Of a stretch of DNA of 64,000 nt, positions 49,350 to 60,952 are shown piece by piece (position 1 is the stretch's first letter; every line of letters begins with the position of its first letter). Below the pieces are notes generated by a model that was not told where the DNA came from, did no database searches, and worked only from the letters and a program-made list of their open reading frames with translations. The translations under genes and the position numbers were made by a program. The DNA is from an uncultured virus (IMG/VR IMGVR_UViG_3300035681_000004) (Duplodnaviria; Heunggongvirae; Uroviricota; Caudoviricetes), in the IMG/VR virus record IMGVR_UViG_3300035681_000004; one strand, 5' to 3'.

Positions 49350-50381
49350 TCATAGAGTAATCCAGCGTTCGTTTTCAAGAGTCCATTGAGTCACTTCAGA
49401 AATACGCTCACGAACTGACTTCTGGGGAACCCATCCCAGTTGTTTCATTTTATCACCATCCAAAGCATAACGCAAGTCGTGACCAGGGCGTGAAGAGTGA
49501 AAATCTACGAGTTCATAACTCAATTCTCTTCCTTGGGATTTGGCAATGATTTGTGCCAGTTCCAAGTTGTTGAGTTCTTCCGAACCAACAATGTTAAACT
49601 TAGGGCATTTAGCGTTACCCCAAGCAGGTTCAAACTTACCCTCATAATTCAGCAAGAAAATAACAGCAGATGCAACGTCTTCGGCGTGAATGTAATGACG
49701 TGAACCAGGAATAGTTCTCGTAGAATCACTATGAATCGTTACAGTTTCACCATCACGAATTCTACGAATACACATTGGAATGTATTTTTCAGGATGCTGA
49801 CGCTCTCCAAACACATTCATCGTGTGTGTAACATAAACGGGAAGACCATAGGTATTCTCATATGCTACTGCCAGTTCTTCACCACCTGCTTTTGTAGCAC
49901 TGTATGGGTTAGTTGAATTGTAGCGATCATTCTCTTTATACTTGATGCCATTTGGTGCAGGACCAAATACTTCGTCTGTGCCGAAATAAATGAATCTTTC
50001 CAGATTATCTTGAGTTCTTGCAAATTCAAGAATGTTACAAGTAGCAACAACATTATCAAGAACAAATTCCATTGGATAGAGAATACTTCTATCTACGTGA
50101 GAACCTGCAGCAAGATGGAGAACATAATCTACTTTACCAATTTCTGATTTAATAAGAGGATTCAGTTCTGCTTTAAGATCGTGGTGAACAATCTTAACCC
50201 TTTTACGAACCTCGGGATTAAAAGAAAGCATTAAATCGTGAAGACGGTTAAGATTACCACTGTAGTCCAAACGATCTAGTGTAACAATTTCCCAATCTGT
50301 ATTTTTTAATACTTGTCCAATTAGGTGATGAGCAATAAAACCTGCTCCACCAGTAATAAGTGCTCTTTTAACCATAATCAC
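49350..50381 (-). CDS. rfbB: NAD-dependent epimerase/dehydratase (dTDP-glucose 4,6-dehydratase-like)
   Basis: ITGGAGFIA, HLAAGSHVDRSI, TDEVFG, PYSATK, QHPEKYIP and RPGHDLRYA. Confidence 0.85.
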   Translation of the reverse strand: MIMVKRALITGGAGFIAHHLIGQVLKNTDWEIVTLDRLDYSGNLNRLHDLMLSFNPEVRKRVKIVHHDLKAELNPLIKSEIGKVDYVLHLAAGSHVDRSILYPMEFVLDNVVATCNILEFARTQDNLERFIYFGTDEVFGPAPNGIKYKENDRYNSTNPYSATKAGGEELAVAYENTYGLPVYVTHTMNVFGERQHPEKYIPMCIRRIRDGETVTIHSDSTRTIPGSRHYIHAEDVASAVIFLLNYEGKFEPAWGNAKCPKFNIVGSEELNNLELAQIIAKSQGRELSYELVDFHSSRPGHDLRYALDGDKMKQLGWVPQKSVRERISEVTQWTLENERWITL

Positions 50382-50711
50382 TCTTCAAATTTATAACTGA
50401 GTTTAATATCTTTCTTTTTTAGTTTGTACCGTTCAATGTGCTTTTTACGGTGGTCTTCAGATTGAAAATAGCACTTACGGGTTTCATTTCCATCTTTATA
50501 AACTAACTTCCAGGGAAACTGGTCAAAGGGAAATTCTTCGGTGTAGTCCATCAGGTAGGTTGCTCAGCACGTTGAGTATAGACGGAATCAAACAGTTCGT
50601 CAAGTATTTCACCACACTCATGATACTCTTTACTGTCAAGGATGGTCTTTTCAAACTGATAACGACGAACTGCGGTGAAAATCAGTTTATATTGTTCGGG
50701 AGTAAAGTTCA

Positions 50712-51188
50712 TTACATTTCTCCAAGTGTATGAATAACAGGTTTTTCGTGTGCTAAGATGCGGTAAAGATCTTCGTTTTGTGCTGCTGATATGGGGATAA
50801 ACTCCGTCTTATCATCAAACTCATCATCACGAATTGCTTGGTTAATTACAATAGATCCCTCTTCTCCTGACCAGGATCTATGGTATGTTCTCTGAGGAAT
50901 GACCAGAGCACCAGAACTACGATTAAGATGAACAATGTGATAAGGATACCTCCATTCAGGATTTACAAGTTCAAATGTGCGAATGCCAGACAGAACACGG
51001 TTGTGGTCAATCTGATGGTAGTGAATATAAAACTGCTTTGCTCCTACAATATCATCAGGAGGAGAGATGGCAGGTCCTTCGTGAACTACAAGGTCAGATG
51101 CGTTGGAACCTTCTACCGAAATATCATAGAAGATGACTGATTGAGTTTCACGGAATACTCTATGTTTTTTAAATGTTACTTCGCTCAT
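50712..51188 (-). CDS. Cupin-fold protein (sugar 3,5-epimerase-like, conserved in cyanophages)
   Basis: FYIHYHQIDHNRVLSG...LVIPQRTYHRS shows the cupin His pattern. Confidence 0.6.
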   Translation of the reverse strand: MSEVTFKKHRVFRETQSVIFYDISVEGSNASDLVVHEGPAISPPDDIVGAKQFYIHYHQIDHNRVLSGIRTFELVNPEWRYPYHIVHLNRSSGALVIPQRTYHRSWSGEEGSIVINQAIRDDEFDDKTEFIPISAAQNEDLYRILAHEKPVIHTLGEM

Positions 51189-51585
51189 TAGTCGTAGGTG
51201 TTTTGCTCCTGATTCAATCTATCTATGTGATGATAAATGGTTGCTTGTGAATACTGAAACTCTTTAAACCTTTGAGGTTTATTCTTTTGCATTTTTGTGA
51301 GCATATTGATCCATTGATAGCGACTATCCACCACCCAACCATAGCGCCGCTCATCGTGCATCAAATCATAAATTGAAATCATTTGAACCCCTTACTTTGT
51401 TTCTTGTCTAGAACTTCAATGTAACTCAAAAAGTTTCCACCACGTTGAAACCAAGTGAGTTGAACATCCTCATAGTTATCAAAGATGACCTCTTTTTTAT
51501 CTTCAAAAACAACTTTATAGTCGTGGCGATCATAAGGCTTATTGCAGGTTTGTTTAAATGTTTTCATATACAATTTCTATAAAAA

Positions 51586-51987
51586 TTAGTTGTAAAAATT
51601 TTCCAATCCAACTGGTTCTCCAAAACTATAATCATAGGTCATAGCATTCGCACAGACATAGTGGGGATGTGTAGTAGATACTCCAAGACGATTGCATAAC
51701 TCCTGATGATTATCTTCCATTAATTCTACAGCGTATAGCATATGATTTAGAATATATTCTTCTGGATGATAGTTTTTAAGTTCATCAAGCAAAGCAACCA
51801 AAAAGTTGCCATTACCTGCTGCAGGGTCTATAAATTTAGATTCTGGATTTTTTAGTCCTTCTTCCGAAATCTCTCTAATCATTTGCTGACACAGTTCTAG
51901 GGGAGTAAAAACTTCTCCTGTACTATCAATTCTTTCATCGGTTCTTTTAATGTCAGAACCAACATCTTCGTTATGTTTGTTTTTCAT
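51586..51987 (-). CDS. N-terminal (SAM-binding) half of an N6-adenine methyltransferase
   Basis: TGEVFTP (motif X), FIDPAAGNGNF (motif I) and LYAVEL (motif II), but no NPPY/F. ATGA overlap with the helicase gene. Confidence 0.8.
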   Translation of the reverse strand: MKNKHNEDVGSDIKRTDERIDSTGEVFTPLELCQQMIREISEEGLKNPESKFIDPAAGNGNFLVALLDELKNYHPEEYILNHMLYAVELMEDNHQELCNRLGVSTTHPHYVCANAMTYDYSFGEPVGLENFYN

Positions 51988-53447
51988 AGGAAATTAGTCC
52001 AAGGTTCGTCACTATCTTCGCCAAAGAAAAGATTTTTTTTATAAACCCATTCCCATTCAGCATCAACTTCTTTGGTTTTTTTCCTCACAATATCTTTAAA
52101 GTCATCTGGGAGACTCATTACTTTTTTACCTTTAGTATCCTCTTCTTGAAGAATGACCTCAGGAGGATATCCCATACCGCAAAGAGCATTGTAAATGAGA
52201 GAAACAGTCTCCTCCAAATCACTTTCAGAGTCTTCATGAATTGGAACGGTTACAAGACCATATCCCTTTACATAAGAATTAACATCACCTGGTTTTACAA
52301 TCCCTTCAAGAATTGAATGGCGATCTACGGGGAGCATCCGAACAACACGTCCAATCGTTTGGGTCAAAGTAATTGGATTCATATTGCGACCAAGCACACA
52401 TCCTGTCAGACCAGGAACATCAATTCCTTCTGAGAGAATTGAGTAATGGAGGACCAACATTTTACGATTTGAGTCTGAACCGCATTCCTGAAGCATATTC
52501 AGAAACTCTCCACGACTCTTAACACGAACACCATTTACCCAATCACCATAAGTTGATGTAGTATGGAATACATCATAACCTTTTAGTGAAGCCCATTTAA
52601 ACAAATCAGTAGTAGTTTGAAGTTTATTGATAATTTCAGTTCCAGCACATGCTACAAGAATCTTGTGATTTAAATGAGAATAATTTTCTTCATAGTGTTC
52701 AACAACTTGTTTGATGACATCACGATTCAAAGAAACCTCATCGACTTCAGATGCATTAATGTGTGAATAAAGATAGTTGATTTTAGGAGGAACAATGACT
52801 CCAGATTCAACCAGTTCTTTTGCATTAATTTCACAAATAATTTTACCGTAAATCTCTTCATTATTGTTGCCACGACCTTTTTTAGTATTAGTCTTTTTCA
52901 AGGTAGCAGTAAATGAGTAGAGACGATTTGCAATCTGACTCAGTTTTTTAACATACTTGCTGAATTCAAGTGCAACAGCATTATGAACCTCGTCAAGATA
53001 AGCAGTATCAATGGGAATTCCACTATCAACCACACGGTTCAGAGAGTGATAAGTAGTGAAAATAAGAAGAGGAAGATTGTTACGATCTGCACGTTCTTTT
53101 TCTTCTTGAATATTAGTGATTGAAGTCGTTGCAAACGAAACATCCAGAATTTGTTCTGAAGTCAGATGCTCTTCTTCACGCTGAATTGCTTCTCCACTAT
53201 AAACGAACATATGTTGAAAAGTGGAAGACCTCAACAAAGATTCGGTGGTCTTAAAAAGTTGTTGGCACAACATAATGCGAGGAGCAACCACAACAATCAC
53301 AGACTCTCCAGCATCAATTCTCTTTTGAATATCCCAACCTATCGTATAGGATTTACCAGCACCAGTACCAGCAACGACGATACCCTTACCATTACATTGA
53401 AGCGATTCTCCAATTTTGTTTTGATGAAGATAGGGAGTAATTTGCAT
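51984..53447 (-). CDS. SF2 helicase/ATPase (Type ISP/ResIII-like)
   Basis: PYLHQ, GTGAGKS, VAPRI, TTYHS, DEVH, FTAT, SEGIDVP, QTIGRVVR and KGYG. Confidence 0.85.
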   Translation of the reverse strand: MQITPYLHQNKIGESLQCNGKGIVVAGTGAGKSYTIGWDIQKRIDAGESVIVVVAPRIMLCQQLFKTTESLLRSSTFQHMFVYSGEAIQREEEHLTSEQILDVSFATTSITNIQEEKERADRNNLPLLIFTTYHSLNRVVDSGIPIDTAYLDEVHNAVALEFSKYVKKLSQIANRLYSFTATLKKTNTKKGRGNNNEEIYGKIICEINAKELVESGVIVPPKINYLYSHINASEVDEVSLNRDVIKQVVEHYEENYSHLNHKILVACAGTEIINKLQTTTDLFKWASLKGYDVFHTTSTYGDWVNGVRVKSRGEFLNMLQECGSDSNRKMLVLHYSILSEGIDVPGLTGCVLGRNMNPITLTQTIGRVVRMLPVDRHSILEGIVKPGDVNSYVKGYGLVTVPIHEDSESDLEETVSLIYNALCGMGYPPEVILQEEDTKGKKVMSLPDDFKDIVRKKTKEVDAEWEWVYKKNLFFGEDSDEPWTNFL

Positions 53448-53522
53448 TGTATTGAATTGAATGAGTACATTATAGCACCCCAGAGCAGGTCTAGAGTGCA
53501 GAGGTAGACAGTGGGTAGACTG

Positions 53523-54791
53523 TCACAGTTGAGATTGAATGTAGTTCAGTTGGTCTTCAGAAAGAAACTCACTGACGGGCGAAATTGGAAGGAGATTGAT
53601 GATGGCAGGGTTCACACGACCATTTTTAACAGTTTGAGAAACAATCCATCGGTACTCAGGTGTATTCAAAATTTCATAGGCACTACGACATTCTTCTTCA
53701 TTGGCAAATTTCATTGTTAGGGTTGAAGGAGCAGCACTCCATTCTTTTGAAATTTCATAAGTTGCTTGACCTTTTGGAGGCATCCAAGGAAGAAAAATAC
53801 GCCATACTCCAACATCCTTCCACTCAACAGCACCATATTTAATTTTTCCATTTACACTTACGGGATATTTGTAAACCTCATCGGGAGTGTCTTTGCACTT
53901 TTCAGTCACTTCAAGATTATTTTTCTTGATGTAATTTTTTACAGGAGTGCTGTCATACCGATTAGAAGTATCAAAGTTAAATTTTTGAATATATTTTTTG
54001 ACCTGACGCATATCATAATGCAATGCAGTATTAAAGTTCAGTTTAGCAGTATCTGGTTTTGCAAGAGTATGAACAATTTCATCAAATTGTTGATTGGGTG
54101 TGAGAAAATGCGACTGCTTCAAATTTACTTGACGAGTTCCATCTACTGTCGTCATAAAGTCTGGAGTGCAAGTATTTTTGATATGCCAGTGGCAAATTTC
54201 CGTGCCAATGTTAGGAAAATACTTGTTAGTATTAAAATTTACTGATACAACATCATAATTACTGTTAGGACCAACAAACAAACTACGATAAACATCACCA
54301 CCAGAAAACAAAGGTGTTGGTGTAATAAATTTAATCTCTCCACCAGACTTCAAAAGTTCCAAAGACCTATTTACAATTTGAAACCAAAGAGCGGCGCTAG
54401 TAGAACCACGAAGACTACCACCACCTTTTTCAGATTGAAATGGAGGATTTCCAAGAAAATAATCAAATTTCATAAGATTAGAAAGTTTATTTACGTTAAG
54501 TCCAATATGGTGAAATCCATAACGTTCAGATGCTTTTTCTGCTACAATTTTATATTCCCCACCAAATCCTTCTGCAACAAAAATCTTATCAGGATTATGC
54601 CCATTTTCGATCAAAGAAAGTGCAATTACACAACCAGCATCTACCAAAAGAACTTCAGACTCTTTATTTATTGAGGAAATAAATTCACCAATCAATTCTT
54701 CAGGAACAGGTTGATGTACTTCCGCCTTCAATTTTTCACGAATCCTGCGCTTATAGTCAGCAATCGTAAGTTCAGGAGTAATAACAGTCAT
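53523..54791 (-). CDS. N6-adenine methyltransferase catalytic half plus target-recognition domain
   Basis: FDYFLGNPPFQ, LWFQIV...LLKSGGEIKFITP and F..NKYFP. The N-terminal motif X/I region is degenerate (HQPVPEEL, LLVDAG). Confidence 0.75.
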   Translation of the reverse strand: MTVITPELTIADYKRRIREKLKAEVHQPVPEELIGEFISSINKESEVLLVDAGCVIALSLIENGHNPDKIFVAEGFGGEYKIVAEKASERYGFHHIGLNVNKLSNLMKFDYFLGNPPFQSEKGGGSLRGSTSAALWFQIVNRSLELLKSGGEIKFITPTPLFSGGDVYRSLFVGPNSNYDVVSVNFNTNKYFPNIGTEICHWHIKNTCTPDFMTTVDGTRQVNLKQSHFLTPNQQFDEIVHTLAKPDTAKLNFNTALHYDMRQVKKYIQKFNFDTSNRYDSTPVKNYIKKNNLEVTEKCKDTPDEVYKYPVSVNGKIKYGAVEWKDVGVWRIFLPWMPPKGQATYEISKEWSAAPSTLTMKFANEEECRSAYEILNTPEYRWIVSQTVKNGRVNPAIINLLPISPVSEFLSEDQLNYIQSQL

Positions 54792-54855
54792 TGAATTGAA
54801 TAACGATAAGAATATTATACAGCAAAAAGACGCCCAATGTGCAGTCAGTGGACGG

Positions 54856-55434
54856 TTAGAAAACTGTCTTCAGAAAGCAGTTCCAAAATGCTTGATTGCC
54901 ATCAATATACCTGGATATAATTTCTCCATTAATACAACTGATACAACCTTGATAGATTCCCTCACTAGTTGTACGTTCAATTCCCGATGCATTTGTAAAA
55001 ACAATCAAATATTTTGCATCAATATCGCAAGAATATTTTGTATGTGCATAAACACCAAAGTTTGAAAGACTATCCTCTTTAGAGGATAATTTCTTAGTTG
55101 AATTTGATTTCAGTTTATGTTGTAAGCAAACGATTTTTGAAAGGTCTTTTGTATACTTTGCAACTCCGTCTACACCATAATCACTAGATGCTTTGGTTGG
55201 AGAATATTCAGTAATGTTCAAAAAAAGATTATCACCATCAAAGAATTTAAAGAAATATTCAGCAAACCATTCAAAAGCATCCCCACGATATTTCAATGGA
55301 TCATACTTATCGGAATTCATCATATTCGATTGTTCTACAATTTTTCTAGTCAGATTCTTTAATGAACCTGCCGATGCAAGTTCTTTTCTGGAATCTTCAT
55401 TACAACGATAGTTAAAACTGTGAGTTAATTTCAT
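54856..55434 (-). CDS. Mrr-like PD-(Q)xK endonuclease domain
   Basis: RGDAFE...DYGVDGVA...LQHK...IVFTNASGI...FW. Confidence 0.7.
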   Translation of the reverse strand: MKLTHSFNYRCNEDSRKELASAGSLKNLTRKIVEQSNMMNSDKYDPLKYRGDAFEWFAEYFFKFFDGDNLFLNITEYSPTKASSDYGVDGVAKYTKDLSKIVCLQHKLKSNSTKKLSSKEDSLSNFGVYAHTKYSCDIDAKYLIVFTNASGIERTTSEGIYQGCISCINGEIISRYIDGNQAFWNCFLKTVF

Positions 55435-58264
55435 CAGTCAATCTAATTTTTATTAATATAGCAGATTAAGACCACTCCTGCAAGAGGAGTGGTCCAGTTT
55501 TTAAAGTGGTTCAGATCTACTTGATGCCAGAAGGTTTTAATTTTTCCGTATCAAACGTTGTCCACTTTGCTATTTTAAGGCACATCAGCAAAGTTTGGTG
55601 TTCACGGTTATACAGTTCCCAATCTTGTTTGAGTTTCGCAGCATACCTACGACGATAGGCACAACACCATACATTATAAAATATCTTATCTTTTTCAGTC
55701 ATTTTGGACAGTGTAAAAAGTATTTGTACTCTGCTGCTTGATGTGGTGCATATCTTACCACATCACACTCTTTATACTTATCAACTACCTCAAATGATGG
55801 TTCCAATGGTTTGCCTCCAGAAGCAAAATGAGCTAGCATAATCATAATAATAATGAATACAACAGAGGCACCAGCAAATACACCAACTCCACGGAGCAAC
55901 TCTTTGAGAGCATACTTGTCTTCAGGAGTCATCATTATCATCCCAAGGGGCTTTACGATTCATAAGTTCTTTAATTCTTTCCACCACAGCAGGGTCTTGT
56001 GGTTCATTGATTCGTCGCACAAGTTCATCATATGCTTCTGCGGATACAATAATCCTTTCTGGTTCTTGTCCCAATCTCAACCTTCGTTCTGGACTGATGG
56101 TTAGATTGTAGGGGTCATCATAAGGATAGATGTATTCCTCAAACCATCCAATACTCAAACTCTCCCAGAACTCACCATAACCCCATTCATCACCGTCATC
56201 ATAACAGTCAAGAATATACAGGACATTACGAAATCCATCAAGGAAGAGTTCCCATTTTGTTGGGTTTTCAAATCTCACGGCGTTTCATCGCTCCAATAAT
56301 AACGTAGTTTATCACCATCGGCGTGAATATTCAAGTGGTAAATCTTTTTGTCTTGTGTGTAAATACCCACCCACAGGCTCCGTTCGTTCATACTTTCCAG
56401 GTGAAACATTTCCACCTCTTCCAGCACGATTTCGTCTGGGTTTTCTTCCCACTTTACTAGTTTAGTCATAAGTCCCTAATGTATCCGTAGTTCAAATAGT
56501 CCCAAAACATATTGTGATAATCCTCAAAGTCCCATTCGGGATCAGTTCCATCATAAGTCATAAGGTCTGTCCAAGTTTGATATGCCCACCTCCACATCAA
56601 TCTTCGCAACCAGAATTGTTTGATATTGTATGTGAGGTTCATGAGTAATTAACGTGCAAATGAGTTTCCCAAGTAAACATAGGTTGATCTCTACGATGAA
56701 CCTGAACTTTTACGTGATGAGGAATCAGTGTATCATACTTCTCCATAAACTCCTCTTCTGTGAGTTCCTCAAATCCGTGCATATAATGGTCTGCACCCAT
56801 ACCAATAAAATTTACAAACTTTTCTTTTTGACGATCTTTATCACCAATAAATGGATAGTTGCGACAAATCATCAACCAGTAAGACCTACCTTCTCCAGTT
56901 GCAAGATAATCAATCGCAAAGAATCTATAAAATGGTTCAGTCATCTCTCAAACTATCCAACACTTGAAGAATAAAAGCAATAGAGTTAGCATACTCTCGT
57001 CCATCTTGCCCACCCATTACAATATAAGCAATCTCTTTTTCGGCAAGTTCAATTCTCTCATTTCTGGTGAGTTCTTGTAGTGTAGGACGATACCAATTAC
57101 CATCAGCATCTTGTTTGAAACCAGCATTCAGTTTCTCACGACGCTCTGCTTCCTCAAACATCTCATCTGGGTATGGTTCGCAATCCATTGTTTTTTCTAT
57201 TTCAAGTTTAATTTCAGGTGCTTTGGTTCCAAGAGTAAGATTTTCAAGAGTTGGAGAAGGAATACGGGACGTTTCTTTACCATTTGTATAAAAGATTAAG
57301 TCCTTATCCTTATTCATAAGTTCTCTCAACTTCTGTTTGCCGTATTCAGTCAGTTCGTGTTTTTGTTTGCGGAGTTCTTCTACTTCTTCTTGTGTGAGAT
57401 TAACCCACGGCATATCTTCATTCATTAGGTATCCATTCGGCAAAACTAAAGATATACGCAAGTCCCCAGTCTAATGTATGAGGTGGTAGTTCGTCAATAT
57501 GATTAAACGCAAGTCGTCTTGCTTCCAAGATGCGTTCTTTACCTACCGCAAGTAGATTTGCTTTAGAACCTTTGAGAAACTCATTATAATCTGCCTGATT
57601 ATTCTGTTTCGCACCAGAGATATACAATCGTCTCATTTCAGTAAAAAGTTCTGCGGTTTCGGGGGCAAATGTAATCACTTCTTCCCCCAAAGGAATTTCC
57701 ATAGTTTTCATACATCCCATAGAAAACTTCATCGCATCTCTGGTTTCTTCTACCGAAAGTGCGTCCTCATCCTCATCACGAAACTTATGTTGTATTATAC
57801 CATTTGAACATTCAATCACTCTCAACAGAGCAATCTTGTCCTTCTCTGCGTCAGGTAGTGCTTGAAATCTTGTGTCCCAGTCAATCATTTTGTTTCCATA
57901 TCATTTGGTGCGAGAGTTTGTCTCTCAAAAAATTAATTCTTTCGTCATCATACTGCTGAAAGTTTCCTTTCTTCTCTACTTTCTTATAATAGTGTAGAGC
58001 ATTTATAATTATACCATAATCTTCTATTGTAATATCAATTTTCATAACTCAAATGAATAATCTTTGATATATCTATTGTTGCGAAGAATGCCTGTAATCC
58101 TACAATATCCCAAGTTTTAATTTTAATGGAGAACGGAACCATTACTAAACCACCAACCAAACGAAAATAACACCCTAACTTTACATCCACATAAAGAAGA
58201 ATGAAGTATCCAACCAATAACAGAACACTACCAATAATACGAAGAGATGTTGGTGTTAATTTCA

Positions 58265-58447
58265 TTACATTCTCATTTTTAATACTTCTGCCGTTACTTC
58301 TTGTTGTTTCATATACAACTTTAACATACCTTTGAGTGAAATCTGTAGTTCTTCTACATTCTCACAATTATCAATATTTCTTGCTAATTTTTCATACTCA
58401 AACATCTTTGAGGGATTTGTGAGTATAATATCATCTGGATGTCCCAT
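58265..58447 (-). CDS. NblA-like small protein (paralog 2)
   Basis: PDDIILTNPSKMFEYEKLARNIDNCENVEELQISLKGMLKLYMKQQEV shares KMFEYEK...KLY.[KR]QQEV with 7365..7553. Confidence 0.5.
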   Translation of the reverse strand: MGHPDDIILTNPSKMFEYEKLARNIDNCENVEELQISLKGMLKLYMKQQEVTAEVLKMRM

Positions 58448-60923
58448 CATTTTTCTTATAAAACTCTATTTTAAGTTGAGAAATGAGTAAATCAACTTTA
58501 TCTTCAATACGAGTAAGTCGTTCCTCAATAGTATCTATACGATACTCATCAATTGCTTCTTTTTTAACTGAATACGGGTCAATCGTTGCCATAGTTCCTT
58601 GTAGTGAATTGAGTAGTTGTTCGTCAGTCATAAGTCCAAAGGTTGTTGAGGGTCTCTTTTCCAAGTTTCCTTATAAGTAATCCACCGTTCCACACCAATT
58701 TCTTGTTGAGCAACCCAGTGTATTCCATTCTCATCAATCGCATCAAGATAATGAATACCTGTCTTGGGGCAGATTACTCTGGATACTTGTGTGAATTTTA
58801 CTTTTTCAGTCATTTCAGTTCCTCTTCAATCCTTTCAATCTCAAAGATTTCATTTAGAAACTCCAAACCATACTTACCCACAACCCAAGCATCTTTATCC
58901 TCAAAGAACCTATCCCCAATGGTTCTCATATTATAACATTCTTTGTCTTTATCAAAGAAAGCAATCACATAACAATACTCTTTGCCTTCACATTCATGCC
59001 ACCTAACGAGTTCATACTTGTTGTTGAATTTACACCAGCGAAACTCTACATTACGAAATCTCATTCCTCATCCTCTTCATAAGGGAACATTTCATCATAC
59101 TCTTCATCAGTTAGAGTCAGATACTGAACATCAGCATTTTTGTGTTCTTCAGCATACACCAACTGATAGTGAGCAAAACTACTTTCAGAAGTGCTGGCGT
59201 ATTCTAAAAGACCATCAACAATACAAAGGTAGTTCATTAGAGCACCTCCCAATGTGCGTCAGATTTGTCACCGAAACGGTTAGTACCAGTTCTTGTACTA
59301 ACCCAAAAAAAGTATTTACGGTTTTCTGATGCCAAGAATAACTCACCACCAGTATCCTGTTCTACAATACAAACAGGATTATTTTCCATCAGGTTCGCTA
59401 GACGATTCTTCGCTTTGCTGCTTTTGGGTTTTACTGTTACTTTTCTCATTTTGAATCTCAAGTTTCAGTTTGCGAATACCAGTAATAAAGTAAGCAAAAT
59501 CACGGGATTCAGTCACCCGTTTCTCTTCACCACAGACACCACACTTACCATTCCAGACAGATGAACAACCTACAGAATATACTCCATAGGTTTGCCCACA
59601 ATCCATACAAGTGGTGCCTGCCTGCTCAAGTCGTTTGAGTAGTGCCTTCTTCTCTTTGAGAGTCATCGGGGTGTTTCAGATAAAGATATTATAAGGCATC
59701 AGGAGGCGCCTTCAACGTCTTCTGTACCAGTTTCCAAAGTGTCACGCACTTTATCCATTACTTCATCCATAGAATATGTTTCTACTTTACCGAGTTCAAT
59801 ATCCTCCACCATTTGTAGCAGATATTCAAGGAACTCTTTAGGATAAACCTCATCTTCACCAAGAGTTCCCCAGAACCAATCTCTACATTCTTCTTCTGGA
59901 TCTTCTACTGTTCTGGGGAGAGCATAGTTATCATAGTTGGATGTCATAAGGTCAGCCCAGATGCGAAATGTCATTCGCATACTCTGCCATCCTGTCATCC
60001 AACAGTGACCAATCCAGTATTCCCACCAGTTCAGAGTGGTTTTCATTTTTTCAGTTCCTTTCAGTGCTTTACTAAACATCAGCACTCATCCATTTCAACA
60101 TAATCAAGCTGCTTTTCATCCACCTCCTTCATATAATCCCAGTTCCAAGTGCGGGAAATGAAATCAATATCAAACCCAAACTTATATCCCCAGAACAGAA
60201 TACCCAGAGCAGTTCCGCTACCAGAAGTAATCTGAAGATAGGGCCAAGATGCTTGATCGTTCCAACTTACAGAAACTTGAAGTAAACTTCTACGCCTGAT
60301 GTTTATAATCTGGACATAATATTCGTGTCCAAAGTCATAACGATGCTTGAATTGAATTAGATTCATTGTTCTTTAATTACACAAGATGTAGTGCATTTAA
60401 GGTCACCAGAAGACCCAGAGACCGTAGATGTATGGTGTGGGGTCTTTTCTGGTGTAAGATTATAAGACACCAACAGACCCACAGCAAATCCAAATAAAAC
60501 AATAGCAATATTACGTGGATTCATTGTTATCCTCAAAGTCAAACCATTCATATAGAGAGTTCATCGCACCATCCACCACACAATCAACCACAGCATCTTC
60601 GTGTGGATTCTCTACGTGTTTATGGGCACGATTGTATCCATAACGGACACCTTCTTCCAGTGCCATCTCCAATACCTTACGAAAGTTGGGTTTCATATCA
60701 GTAAGGAAGAGACTTCAGACCATCCAGAACTTCTTGAAAGCGTTCGGCACGACTCTTGTGGTGCTCTACATTTTCTTCAAGCACACCAACAATATCGTCC
60801 AGAACGACATTCAGGGACGCATCAGTATCAAAGTATTGTTGGATTGCTTCGGCAAGATACCGCCGCCGACTCCATTCCATACTATAGGGTTTGTAGTCCA
60901 TAATAATGGGTGTATTTGGGTGT

Positions 60924-60952
60924 ATTATAGGGTATTTACTCTTGGTTGTCAA
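60924..60952 (-). promoter_or_regulatory. Perfect sigma70 consensus promoter
   Basis: TTGACA-17 nt-TATAAT, which places the true start of ORF 60698 at MDYKPYS (about 60901). Confidence 0.8.

Larger units (their letters stand above)
33826..59746 (-). promoter_or_regulatory. Dispersed early-promoter cassette: 24-bp imperfect palindromic box, GC-rich hairpin and -10 element
   Basis: Box (+ strand TGTGCCAGTT-N4-5-[A/G][C/G]TG[G/T]CACA) at about 33826, 34074, 34632, 34861, 35392, 36384, 36922, 37203, 37269, 41367, 42918, 44362, 44872, 45051, 45558, 53504, 54847, 55488 and 59723. Most copies lie about 30 nt upstream of TATAAT/TACAAT-like hexamers with no TTGACA. Confidence 0.8.

Noticed and set aside
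50381..50560. wcaG-type RNA motif upstream of the epimerase gene
   Set aside because: The region is occupied by a short coupled ORF (MDYTEEFPFDQFPW...), and no structured RNA was recognised.
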